The translations under genes were made by a program, and so were the position numbers. This document shows positions 30,925 to 44,325 of a stretch of 64,000 bases of DNA, in pieces. Source of the stretch: the human T2T-CHM13v2.0 reference genome, Homo sapiens. The stretch lies in the NCBI RefSeq assembly GCF_009914755.1, contig NC_060935.1. The stretch is one strand, 5' to 3'. The notes beneath the pieces are model-generated. The model saw only the letters and a program-made list of their open reading frames with translations, had not been told where the DNA came from and did not search any database. The stretch's first letter is position 1. Each line of letters begins with the position of its first letter.

Positions 30925-31300
30925 TGTAGCAGATGCTATTGTGTCCCCATCCAAATTCATGGAAATCTTTTTTACCCATTGAAGGCTCATATCTGCATAC
31001 TTTTCAGGAACATTACCCTTAGGTGATTGAAGCCTCCTCTCTTGGATGTCCACAGGAGTCATATTTGAACCCCAACTCTCATACCTCACGGTGAGACAAA
31101 TCCCGTGATGTGAATTACACTACAAAGTATCCAGCGAGATTAGCTTAAATTTAGACTGTACCTGAACCTATATTTCTGCACAGTTCCTTTGTGCTTCCCT
31201 TACTCCCTATGTTTTTTTTTTTTCTTGGAACTGCCCTCCATAAATCATGCACACATGAAATCTCATCTTAGGTCTGCTTCTAGTGAGCTGATGTAAGACT
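30925..31300 (+). mobile_element. LTR16-type (ERVL) solo LTR
   Basis: tgtagcagatgct...ataaatcatgcacacatgaaatctcatcttaggtctgcttctag; perfect 5-bp TSD tggat at 30920-30924 and 31301-31305. Confidence 0.8.
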
Positions 31301-32201
31301 TGGATGAAGCTTGGGATGTAAGGTACAGTGTGGCAGGAGGAGACTGGAAGGCAGATTGGTGTCCACTGTAGACAATAGGGAGTCATCCAAGAGACCGTGG
31401 ACCTAAATAATACTCTGCCCAGTGCCAACCAGACATTCCCGTGTTTTTTTTTCTTTGAGTCTTCAGCCTATGACTAAGCAAGAAATGACAAGAACTGATG
31501 AGAAAGTCACATCTTTAACTCAAACTCAAGCTTCCAAAGGAATCACCCTGATATGATATAGCAGAATTTCTCTGCTTGTATTCAAATCTTTATTTCCTTT
31601 GGCTGAACAAAGGTACTGATTTATAACACTAGGATTAATATTAACACCAACATTAATGCTAATCCTAACACTAATGCAATATTACAACCAATAATAATAC
31701 CAGCTACAGTTAATGTACCTGGAGCCATATTAAATGCTTTATATCCATCATCACCATATGAGACATAGGTGTTATTCTCTTTATCTTAGACTCAGATAAT
31801 TAGGTATTTTTCTAAGCTTACATACCTGGAAAGTGGCAAACCAGGTTTCAAATACATGTTAATTTCACTCTAGAGAAAGAGCACTTAGTCTTCTAAGTTA
31901 GTTAGGACTCAAAGGTCTTTAGAGGACAACTTTATCTTCAGGAAATAAAATTTTTAGGAAATATTCTTACACCCTGACTAAGAATCAACCCTAACATTCT
32001 GGGTAATTCTGAGTCAAACTTTTCATTCCAAGGCTTGTCTGGTAGGTACTAATGTCATTCTGGGCACCTTTGAGGATTTCTCTATTGCCTACAAAATGAG
32101 GGCCATTGGCAGAAGGCCTCTGTATTGCAGTCTGTGCTTTCTTCTTTTTCTCTCCTCAGCTTGGTCTGTTGAAGGGGACTTGAGTAAAAGAAACTTTGTA
32201 A

Positions 32202-33827
32202 TTCTGTGAGGAAAGTCATCGGTAGCTTGATGGGGATGGCACTGAATCTATAAATTACCTTGGGCAGTATGGCCATTTTCACGATATTGATTCTTCCTAA
32301 CCATGAGCATGGAAGGTACGTTAAAGTTCATTTGGAACCAAAGAGGAGCCCACATTGCCAAGACAATCCTAAGCCAAAAGAACAAAGCTGGAGGCATCAT
32401 GCTACCTAACTTCAAACTATACTACAAGGCTACAGTAACCAAAACAGCATGGTAGGTATAGACCAATGGAACAGAACAGAGCCCTCAGAAATAATACCAC
32501 ACATCTACAACCATCTGATCTTTGACAAATCTGACAAAAACAAGAAATGGGGAAAGGATGCCCTATTTAATAAATGGTGCTGGGAAAACTGGCTAGCCAT
32601 ATATAGAAAGCTGAAACGGGAATCCTTCCTTACATCTTATACCAAAATTAATTCAAGATGGATTAAAGACTTAAATGTTAGACCTAAAACCATAAAAACC
32701 CTAGAAGAAAACTTAGGCAATACCACTCAGGACATAGGCATGGGCAAGAACTTCATGTCTAAAACACCATAAGCAATGGCAACAAAAGCCAAAATTGACA
32801 AATGGGATCTAATTAAACTAAACAGCTCCTGCACAGCAAAAGAAACTACCATCAGAGTGAACAGGCAACCTACAGAATGGGAGAAAATTTTTACAATCTA
32901 CCCATCTGACAAAGGGCTAATATCCAGAATCCACAAAGAACTTAAACAAATTTACAAGAAAAAAAAAAAAAAACCCCATCAAAAAGTGGGCAAAGGATAT
33001 GAACAGACACTTCTCAAAAGAAGACATTTATGCAGCCAACAGACACATGAAAAAATGCTCATCATCACTGGCCATCAGAGAAATGCAAATCAGAACCACA
33101 ATGAGATACCATCTCACTCAGTTAGAATGGCGATCATTAAAAGTCAGGAAACAACAGGTGCTGGAGACGATGTGGAGAAATAGGAACACTTTTACACTGT
33201 TGGTGGGACCGTAAACTACTTCCACCATTGTGGAAGTCAGTGTGGCGATTCCTCAAGGATCTAGAACTAGAAATACCATTTGACCCAGCCATCCCATTAC
33301 TGGGTACATACCCAAAGGATTATAAATCATGCTGCTATAAAGACACATGCACACGTATGTTTATTGAGGCACTATTCACAATACCAAAGACTTGGAACCA
33401 ACCCAAACATCCATCAATGATAGACTGGATTAAGAAAATGTGGCACATATACACCATGGAATACTATGCAGCCATAAAAAAGGATGAGTTCATGTACTTT
33501 GTAGGGACATGGATGAAGCTGGAAACCATCATTCTGAGCAAACTATCACAAGGACAGAAAACCAAACACTGCATGTTCTCACTCATAGGTGGGAATTGAA
33601 CAATGAGAACACTTGGACACAGGGTGGGGAACATCACACACCGGGACCTGTCATGTGGTGGAGGGAGAGGGGAGGGATAGCATTAGGAGATATACCTAAT
33701 GTAAATGACGAGTTAATGGGTGTAGCACACCAACATGGCACATGTATACATATGTAACAAACCTGCATGTTGTGCACATGTACCCTAGAACTTGAAGTAT
33801 TATAATAATAATAATAATAATAATAAT
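32202..33827 (+). mobile_element. L1PA5-like element with a 5' inversion (32202-32314)
   Basis: 15-bp TSD aaagaaactttgtaa at 32187-32201 and 33828-33842; ORF2 C-terminal ORF fragments; (TAA)n tail. Confidence 0.95.
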
Positions 33828-33979
33828 AAAGAAACTTTGTAAACAGATTATATTTCCTGTTTCAGCTCTAAGGGGAGTAGAGGCAGGATAGGTGCTCAAG
33901 ACAGGGATGCCTGGTATACTACTTATGTCTCCCTATCTTAGTTCATTTTGCCCCTGACTTCTGGAATTCTATCCCCGTC

Positions 33980-34325
33980 CCCGTTCTGAAGCTTAACCCT
34001 GCCCCCAACCCCAGATTCCTTCATCAAGCAAACTTTTTTAGGTCCTTGATTATCAGATTTAGTGTTGCCTCCTCAGAAGCATTCTCTGACTTCAAAGGTT
34101 GGAAATCTGTATCTCTTTTATGCTCCCATAGTGTTCTGCACAGGATTTTGTCAATGAATAAGAACTTTATACTGTAATGACCTCTCCATGTGCCTATCTC
34201 CCCTAGTAGCCCACAAATGCCTCAAGAGCAGAGGTAGAGTCATGTTCATCTCTGAATCTCCAATGCCCAACCGACAAATGACACATAAAAAGAGATCAGT
34301 AAATGTAAGTTTAACTGAATTAAAC
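33980..34325 (+). mobile_element. L2 3' end
   Basis: ctcctcagaagcattctctgac...tcagtaaatgtaagtttaactgaat. Confidence 0.6.
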
Positions 34326-34741
34326 TGTAATTATCTGAGCAATAACATGATCCGCATAATCAGAAAGCCCTCCCAGCTGAGCTTGCACGCAGTTATACTC
34401 ATACTCATTTTCTACCACAGTCCCCCCTACACAGACAGAAAAAGGCTAAGGAAGTCTGACCAGGCTCTGCTCAGTACATTCTGCTGATGCTTGTGTGAGT
34501 CAGAACAAACCATCCTGAGTTTCCCAGAATTTAAAAACGGAATCTTACATGTGCCTGATCTGTCACTGGAGGTTCTCTGGTGCAATTTGGAAGATGGCAT
34601 TTTGCTGGCACAGTGCATGATAACTGATCCAGAAATTGGAAATATTTCAAGGTTTCATAAACAAAAATCTGAGTTTACCTCTGTTGCTTCATAAAAAGTG
34701 CTCTACTTCCCCCTTGTAGCAGGAGTTGGCACAGTACTGAT

Positions 34742-34775
<34 letters not shown>
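34742..34775. repeat. (GA)n microsatellite
   Basis: Direct. Confidence 0.9.
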
Positions 34776-34778
<3 letters not shown>

Positions 34779-35949
34779 GGAAGGAACAAATCAAAAGCTG
34801 GAGAGCTAGAACATGTTTGTGTGCACATGAATAGGTGGCATATTATCATACCTAATAGTGAATACTATCCATGAACGCTTTGCTAAGAATGTCACAGAAA
34901 TTATCCCACTTAAGGCTGATAGTAGCATTATGAAGCAGGTATAAAATTAAGTAATAATTACAGTTCCTTACACAAAGCCTGACATTAAAAAACTTGTTAG
35001 TTTCACTGTCTCTGTTAACTATACTGACAAACCATGTTCTCTGTGTCAAGTTTTATCTGTCCCTCTGTAATCCAAGTTCTTTGAGGGTAAGAACCCTGAC
35101 ATGTATCTTTGTATCCTGCAGAGTGGTCAGGCTAGAATGCTACATACATAGTGTGTGTCCAATAGGCCTGTGTTGACTGATTGAGTGCTGCTTCTGGAAG
35201 AAAGCCTCTTAATTTAAAAAATGTGCTTGGGCTGAAAGGAAGCACATATTCTAGAAGCAAGAAGTTGGTAAAAACAAAATAATAATAATAACAGAATTTC
35301 AAAGGGATCCCTAAGGAAGAGGTAAGTGAATCTCAGAAAAAAACAGAAAACCAAAAGGACAAAGAAAACGAGCTCAATGATGAACCACGTGAAAACAAAA
35401 AATTTCCATTTCATCTCAAGGCTGTAGAAATTTAAGTTCCATAATTGAGTATTCCCATCTAGGCCCTGCCAGCCACCTTCTTATTTTGAGAACAATGATT
35501 TGTTTAAACACTTTGACATTTACTTTTAGGGATTTCTGCAGTCTGTACCCAGCAAATCCTTTTCTCCAGCTTCTTCCTTTTTCCATGATGCCTCAGCCTA
35601 TCTATGACCTGTGTCTCATCACTTTTATATACCTACTGCATCCTCACTCCTACTCACTGCCTTCCTCTCTGGAGGGAAAACATGGGTAAAAAAGAAAACA
35701 AGAGAAGATAAAGGAATGTTCAGTGCAATGATCAGATCAATATTTATATTCATTTCTTTAATTTGAAATGAATTCTCTGAATGATATCCTGACTGGAGCA
35801 CAGTTTTATTTCTGTTATTCCAATCCATTCTTTCAGAATGGTTACATATAGGTTGCAAATCTGGGGGTGGAGGTAGGTAGTTTCAGATAGGAGAAAAATG
35901 GGAGGAGGAAAGGCAAGAGAGACTACATAATTTTCCCCTTCACTTCCTC

Positions 35950-36245
35950 AAGGTGACCTCCTGACTTCCCAGATTAGGAAGTTCTCTCCCTGCCTCTGCA
36001 CACCGCACACTGCTCCCTGCTTCATAGGCTTTCAGGGCACCCTGTCCTTATTCTTCATAAACCTTGGCACATTTTTATTTTACATTTATTTCTGTGATGA
36101 TTCGCTGGATGTTTGTCTCCTCCACTGAACTAACCGTCCCCGCCCCTCTCCCCATGGGGTCAAGGGCCCCACCTGCTTGGTTTACTGCTGACCTCTAGTG
36201 CCTGCCACATAGGAGTTACTTGATAAATGTTTGTTGAATAAGTAA
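35950..36245 (+). mobile_element. L2 3' end
   Basis: ctagtgcctgccacatagga..gataaatgtttgttgaataagtaa. Confidence 0.65.
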
Positions 36246-37808
36246 GTACTTTGCAGCCAGATCTATCTTCAAAATAATCACCCTTTAAAAAAACAATGAC
36301 CCACAATTAGCAATATGGCTTGCCCAAAGAACCCTTGAAAGAGGAATTTTTCCAGTTTGGAGAAGAATGTAAGTAACAGCACTGATGGGAGAAATAAAAA
36401 GCTCTCCCAGGTGCTCCATTTGAATTTTTTTTAAACAAAACTCAAAAGTGAAAGGAAATACTTTCCTGCTTTTTTTCCACAAAGAACAGGACAAGCCAGG
36501 ATGTTAATTAAATTACAAATCAGCTGTCTGCTTGCAGCTGACAGAGCTTTGTGTGCTTCCAAGCAACGTCAGATATTTTAAACTCTATGTAATTACCTAC
36601 TATGGACTAGCTGCCAGGAAGGATGCTTCATGAATATTTAATGAATTCTAAGATCCTTTTTAAGGAACTGATGATTTAAATAACTATGGGAGAACTTACT
36701 CTAGCTCAGTGCCACCCTCCATCTGTTAACTGAAGATATTGGAAATGTAGCCTGGTAGAAATGCCATTTCTCCCCTAAAATGAGCTAGGCTCAGGATCTA
36801 GGGAAGGCTAGACTCACACAGGAGAGGTAACTGTAATTCTAAAGTTAACTGTTTAATTCTAAACAGACCTCAAGCTCTCTAAGTCAGAATGGAACCACAG
36901 ACCTATGAACTGGGAAAATAACGAGTATGGAATTGCAAAATGAAATTTTGTAAGATGCCACACATTGAGGATGCTCTTTATAATTTACAAAGCACTTTCA
37001 GCAACACTGTCTTGAGTAATTCTCTCAAGAATTGGATAGATTAAACAGGTATCATCATTCTCATTTCCAAATGAGAAAACAGAGGGTCAGAGAGTTTCTA
37101 AAGTGCTAAATAAATAGTAAAGCTGTGTTTCAAACCAAAATAGTCCTCTGATTCCAAGAGGCAGCCTCACATAGTGGAAAGTGCATGAATTCTGGCATTA
37201 GACACATGATCTCAAATCTTGGTTATACTACTTGCTATCTGGGAGACATCTATCACATTGCTGGATACAACTGAGCTTTGGTTGACTGAAGTTATGAACC
37301 AGGAATTACAATATATATCTCATAGAAATACAAAGATTGAATGAGATGCTGTACTCCTGGCATACAGTGGCTGCTTGGCAAATGTAATGCTCCCTTTGGC
37401 TTGGAGTCTCAAGAACTTGGTACTCTGCAGATTTGTCGTAACAACAACAGCCACAACCAAAAAAAGTGGTCGCTAAAAGTGAATTTTTCACACAGCAAAA
37501 AGTCTTTGGTGGAATGCTCTTCACTTCCACAGAACAGAAACAATAATAACCTGTTATACAATTAGTCACAAATACAGTCCTTGAATTTTTTGTCCATACA
37601 CATGAGTATTGTCTAAAACATGTTTTCTTTGTAGCAGCTAGGTGCTGCCACCACTGTGCATGGCTGAGTTCACAAATCTGTTGTAACCTGTAGCTTCCCT
37701 GTCACTTCTCTCTCTCACGCTAAGCTTTGTTTCTTTGCAGTAATTAGAATTTTTGCCACTGCCATGGCTAATGCTGCTACTGGAACCACGAGAGCCTCCT
37801 TGGTTTCA

Positions 37809-38667
<859 letters not shown>

Positions 38668-38705
38668 TCTTAGGTGATGTTCTTCAGTGTCTTCTTTAGT
38701 GCCAC

Positions 38706-39126
38706 TCATATGGTTTGGATCTGTGTTCCCACCCAAATCTCAAGTTGAAATGTAGTCCCTACTGCTGGAGGTGGGGCCTGGTGGGAGGTGATTGGATCAT
38801 AGGGGTGGTTTCTAATGGTTTAGCATCATCTCCCTGGTGCTGTCTCATGACAGAGTTCTCACGAGATCTGATTGTTTGGAAGTGTGAAGCATCTCCCCTG
38901 CCCTCTCTCTTCCTCCTGCTCTGGCCATGTCAGTCTGCTTCCTGTTTGCCTTCTGCCATGATTGAAAGTTTCCTGAGGCCTCCCCGGAAGCCCAACAGAG
39001 GCCAGCATCATGCTTCTGGCACAGACTGAAAGAACCATGAGCCAATTAAACCTCTTTTCCTCTTTTCCTTATAAATTACCCAGTCTTGGGTATTTCTTGA
39101 TAGCAGTGCAACCATGAGCTGATACA
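38706..39126 (+). mobile_element. MSTA (MaLR) solo LTR inside the HNRNPA1 retrocopy
   Basis: t(c)atatggtttggatctgtgt...ccaattaaacctcttttc...ataca; TSD gccac/gccat. Confidence 0.92.
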
Positions 39127-39220
39127 GCCATCAACAAATATCTTTTTCACAGTTAAGTAGGCAACTAGTCTTTGAGAATCTCCTCTTGAGACAACTGTCT
39201 TTGGTTCCACGACTCTCTCA

Positions 39221-39433
<213 letters not shown>

Positions 39434-39569
39434 TCAGAGACTCCGACTTAGACATGATGGCAGTAGGAAGATAGACTTTAGTGATGATTCCTCTGTGGCA
39501 TCCCAGGGCCAAAAGGAGTAAGGTGACAAATGTATCTCAGTAGAATAAGTTTCTAGAACCTCAGTTTCA

Positions 39570-39810
39570 GAACAGCGCCTAAAAGCGCAGATTCTGGAGA
39601 GACGGCCTGCATCAATTCCTACTTTGATAACCACATGACCTTGGGCAACTTATTAAACCCTCTGAGACATGGTAATCTTATCTGCAAAACTGGAATAGCA
39701 ACTACCTCACAAGATTTTTTAGAAAGCCAAGTGAGATGATGCATGGAAGGCACTTAGAAGAGTGAGTGTCTGTGATCTAGTAAGTAGTCACTTAGTAGAA
39801 GTTATGATTG
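39570..39810 (+). mobile_element. MIR
   Basis: tgaccttgggcaacttattaaaccctctgag...atctgcaaaactggaata. Confidence 0.75.
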
Positions 39811-40885
39811 TTTTACTGGAACATTAGATATGTTATTTGATTATAAAAAATTGGAAGAATAGAAAAAACTAAAGGAAAAATTTTTGCCTTTTACTGTTTT
39901 GAATTTTTCAAATTCTCTAACTGCAACTTCTCCCACTACTCCATAACACATAGACAGTTTATCAAATCTCACAGCCCTCCTAGTCTCACAAAGTACACTT
40001 TAGCCTTTCTTTACGCCATCTTAAATGCTTGAAAACCTTCTCTTTGCACTTTTGTATGCAAAAAGAATTTACTGAGCACCACTTCTATGCCAGATATTGT
40101 ACCATGTGCTAGAGATGTAATAGTGAATAAAGAAGATACAGCTCATCCTTGCCCTTTGCTCTTGATGTCTTCTCTACCTCTCATAACTTTCCCAACTCTT
40201 TTTCACATACTGCTCAACCTTCAAAACTTAGTTGATAAATGATATCTTTCCAGATGCTTTCCCTAGACATCCAAATTTGGCTAAGCATTCTTATTCTGTG
40301 CTCCCATGTCTGACTCCCTGAGAATCCCTCTTTTTTCTCAAAGCATGTATGTCTCTGCCATTCTCACTGGAATGGGAAGAGTTCACAATTCATTATTGTA
40401 CCAGGGGCAAATATTCTGCTTGGGACCCAGTAGGTGCTTAATAAATGCTACTAAATGGAACTACCCCTGGTAGAGATGTAAGCTCCTTAGACTCCTGTGT
40501 ACTCCACCATGACTAGCACATCCTAGAAGTAGTGCATAGTCAAGAAGCCTGTCACTATTCTACAGTAGAGCTGGTTATTGAACAGTAGTACCCTGTAAGA
40601 TTTTCAACAATAAAATCAAAAATTGGTTTATGTTGTGTAGCACAGGTAATAAAGTGAGTTCCTTTGAAAGTTTTCATTTAGCAGGGAGAATTGTTCCAGC
40701 TTTGGGTATGACATCCCTGACAAAGTGTATTAGCTGGTGGCTTCCTGGAGTAAAAGAGTTGACAGAAAGAAAAACAGTAACATGCAGAGAAGAACTGAGT
40801 TCCCTTCTTCCTTCTCCACTGCCAGCACTGAGTCAGAGCAGCTACGGAAGCATAACACACAAATGAGACAACGCTAAGTATTCTT

Positions 40886-41356
40886 TTTTTTTTAATTTTT
40901 ATTTTTATTATACTTTAAGTTTTAGGGTACATGTGCACAACGTGCAGGTTTGTTACATATATGCATGTGCCATGTTGGTGTGCTGCACCCAGTAACTCAT
41001 CATTTAACGTTAGGTATATCTCCCAATGCTATCCATCCCCACCCGCCCCCCACCCCACAACAGGCCCCGGTGTGTGATGTTCCCCTTCCTGTGTCCATGT
41101 GTTCTCATTGATCAATTCCCACCTATGAGTAAGAACATGCGGTGTTTGGTTTTTTGTCCTTGCGATAGTTTGCTGAGAATGATGGTTTCCAGCTTCATCC
41201 ATGTCCCTACAAAGGACATGAACTCAACATTTTTATGGCTGCATAGTATTCCATGGTGTATATGTGCCACATTTTCTTAATCCCGTCTATCATTATTGGA
41301 CATTTGGGTTGGTTCCAAGTCTTTGCTATTGTGAATAGTGCCACAATAAACATACG
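40886..41356 (-). mobile_element. L1PA3-5 3' end
   Basis: tatactttaagttttagggtacatgtgcacaac...; ~21-bp TSD gagac(a/c)ac(g/a)ctaagtattctt at 40865-40885 and 41357-41377. Confidence 0.95.
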
Positions 41357-42364
41357 GAGACCACACTAAGTATTCTTACACGAGCCCATCTAAACCCCAG
41401 GTCAGCAGCTTGACTCACATTTGAGTGTACCAACCTCAAATAAGCCCAATAAAATAGATTAAAGTGTATGCAAGGCAGGGAAGAGGTCTGGAAGAATATA
41501 CTAATATGTTGACCATGGTTATTTCTGGATGACTATTACTTTCATTTTTTGGAGCTACATATATTTCTTTGAGGAATAAAAAGAATTAGAATATGTAAAA
41601 CATGATCAAGTATTTGCTTTGTTGTACTGGAGAAGGTTCAGTGTGGTATAAGTTTTGTGATAAGGAAAAATTCTCTAGTCCTGGAAAGGGTTTATCCATG
41701 TTCAGTTGAGTTAATTTTGAGAACTGGCTGAAGGATGCAAAGGAAGGGGTTTCCAGCTGACAAATGAAAGAGGGATGTGCCGGGAATAAATTTGCTGGAG
41801 AGGACCAGGCTTTAAGTCAAATTGCTTTGGTACCAAGAAATCAAAGCAATGATTTGGGAGCAAACTCAACAGTAGTTCATCCATTTGAAGCAAAACTTCA
41901 AACATGGTCTGAGTAATTTTCCAGGGATAACTGCCACTGGATTCTATTGAGCACTGTACGATCTTGTGGGCAGTCCCTGTCTGACTAATCCACCAGCTGT
42001 GCAACTGCTACAGCATCTGTGAGTGAGAATCATTCACTACTAAAAGCTAGAAACATGTTTTGCTCAGTGCACCTGGTGCCCAGAAAAGAGGAAATGTTCA
42101 TTTCAGCAAAATGCTTCCTCAAGCGATGCAAATTCCCTGCAGCTCAGTTCCTGGGTTTAAATCCTGTTCCTGCACCAACCAGCAGTGCGACTTTAGGGAA
42201 GTATGAAGGCTCTCTGAAACTCAGACTCCTCATTTTAAAATTGGACTAATAATGTATGACAGTGTCACTATAGGAAATTGATGAGATAATATGCCCAAAC
42301 TCTTTGGGCCAGGACCCGCCTCCTAACAGGTGCTTAGGAAATATAAGATTCTTCCTATTTCTCT

Positions 42365-42668
42365 TTTTTTGTTTGTTTGTTTTTGAGATGGAGTCTCGCT
42401 CTGTCACCTAGGCTGGAGTGCAGTGGCGCAATCTCAGCTCACTGCAACCTCCGCCTCCTGGGCTCACGAGATTCTCCCACCTCAGACTCCTAAGTAGCTG
42501 AGATTACAGGCTTGCACCACCACGCCTGGATAATTTTTTGTATTTTTAAGTAGAGACAGTGTTTCTCCATGTAGGCCAGGCTGGCCTCGAACTCCTGGCC
42601 TCAAGTGATCTGTCTGCTTCAAATTCCCAAAGTGCTGGGATTACAGGCATGAGTCACCACACCCAGCA
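42365..42668 (-). mobile_element. AluS at the tail of a MIR (~42130-42350)
   Basis: TSD ttcctatttctct at 42352-42364 and 42669-42681. Confidence 0.95.
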
Positions 42669-42725
42669 TTCCTATTTCTCTACCAGTGTCATGCAGTCAT
42701 CTTTCCAAGTATTGTAAAACGAGCC

Positions 42726-42727
<2 letters not shown>

Positions 42728-42768
<41 letters not shown>

Positions 42769-42773
42769 ACACA
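42728..42773. repeat. (CA)n microsatellite
   Basis: Direct. Confidence 0.95.
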
Positions 42774-44084
42774 TGCATGTATATGCTCAATTCAGCCTTA
42801 TCACCATTACAGGGAACAGGCTTCCACCATGCTATTACCAGTATTGTAGAGTATTGTAGCATCCCTACAGAACAGCACAAACTTTCTGAAGGTGGTAAAA
42901 TGAGCTGCTAAGGCCTTGCTGCCACTTCTCTTGATCCAGTGCCTTTTCTGTATGTGAGGCCATCTTACCCAAATTCTACTCACACCTCTAGCTAGGTCAA
43001 CACTCCTACTCTTGGTATCTTCCACTTATGATGATCATCTCTGTCCAGCAGGCAGAGAAAAAAAAAGTCTCAGACACAGGTGCTGAAATTGCCTTCACTG
43101 CTCATTCAAGCTACTCTTCCTAACCATGTGAGTTTTTGGACTTCAGAACCTACCTGTGAAATTGGCACTTGCCTAGCCTTCCCATTATATTTGACTTCCA
43201 AGGATGAGATCAGTTACCCACCTGAACCTAGAATATCTCCTGGATGATCTCCAGCAGACTTTGTTCCTGGTCCTGGGACTTCCTGGGTGGTCGATTGGCA
43301 TATATATCCTCTGTGACACTATAAAGACTAAAGTTCCTTCCTAGTGGGAAGCACCATTATTCATTCATCCAACAGAATGTTTATCTAGCGTGTTATATGC
43401 TAATCACTAAATTTTAAGTGCTAGAAATACAGTAGTTTAAAAAAAGCAAAAATTTGTGACTCTGTCGAAATTAAATTCTAGTTGCGTTAGGTAATCCAGC
43501 TCTTTGAGCTCCCTTTTTCCTCAACATACTTCCTGTACCAAGAAGCAGTTATGAACAGCTGTCCTTTCTATGGGAAGACACTCAGGGGTCCAGGTAGGCA
43601 ACCACTGTGAATTGTCTCTGGTGGTGGTGCAAATGGGCTTGATCTATCCAGCTGCCTTTGTTTTAGAGCACCTCATAATGAGCTGGTGTCAATGGCATTG
43701 GAACATGGGAAAGTTGAAAAATAAGGCAGAAAGTGTGGCCCTATTACTAGTGTGTTCCAATCAAAGAGGTTTATTTCACAATCAGACACTTTAATAAAAA
43801 TATTAATGTTTCCTCAAATAAGGTTGCTTTATAATCCATGCTTGCTTATGGTGGTTTAAATATTCTCCAAATACAATAGTGTCTAATAAAATGCCTTTTG
43901 GAAATAATAAAAGCATATTTATACTTGATCTAGATGCTTAATATGCAACTTAATGTGCAATTGTAGAATGTTATTTTGTGCTTACTATACTCTTAAGATG
44001 TAAGCCCCAAATCAAGAAAACCCAGAAAGTTTTCTAATTTTCTTGTCCTGCTGCCCTGCTGGGAACTGACAGTGTCATCTTTCA

Positions 44085-44325
44085 GATTACTGCCTGTGAC
44101 ATGACGTGCATATGTATTAATGCTTTACAAGCCTTAATTTATTTAATCCTTAAACAAACTTATGGAGTAGTTACTGTTTTATTTCCCTCATTTAACAGAT
44201 GAGAAAATACAGGGAGAAAGAAATTAAATAAGTAACTTGTTCACACAACTAGTGGATAGAATGAGATTTATACCTCATTATCCTTGTAATTCCACCTTTA
44301 ATTCACACACTATATTGTCTCTCAA
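44085..44325 (-). mobile_element. MIR
   Basis: atttaatcct...catttaacagatgagaaaatac. Confidence 0.65.

Noticed and set aside
30691-31089. 132-aa ORF
   Set aside because: Spans LTR16 and L2 relics; no recognisable domain or splice context
32449-33757. ORFs resembling reverse-transcriptase protein C-terminus (also at 6362-7140, 8210-10560, 21786-23355)
   Set aside because: Broken ORF2 fragments of truncated L1s; not functional genes
37305-37330. Similarity to 39523-39549 as a possible TSD of the retrocopy
   Set aside because: Gapped AT-rich match with no adjacent poly-T; likely chance
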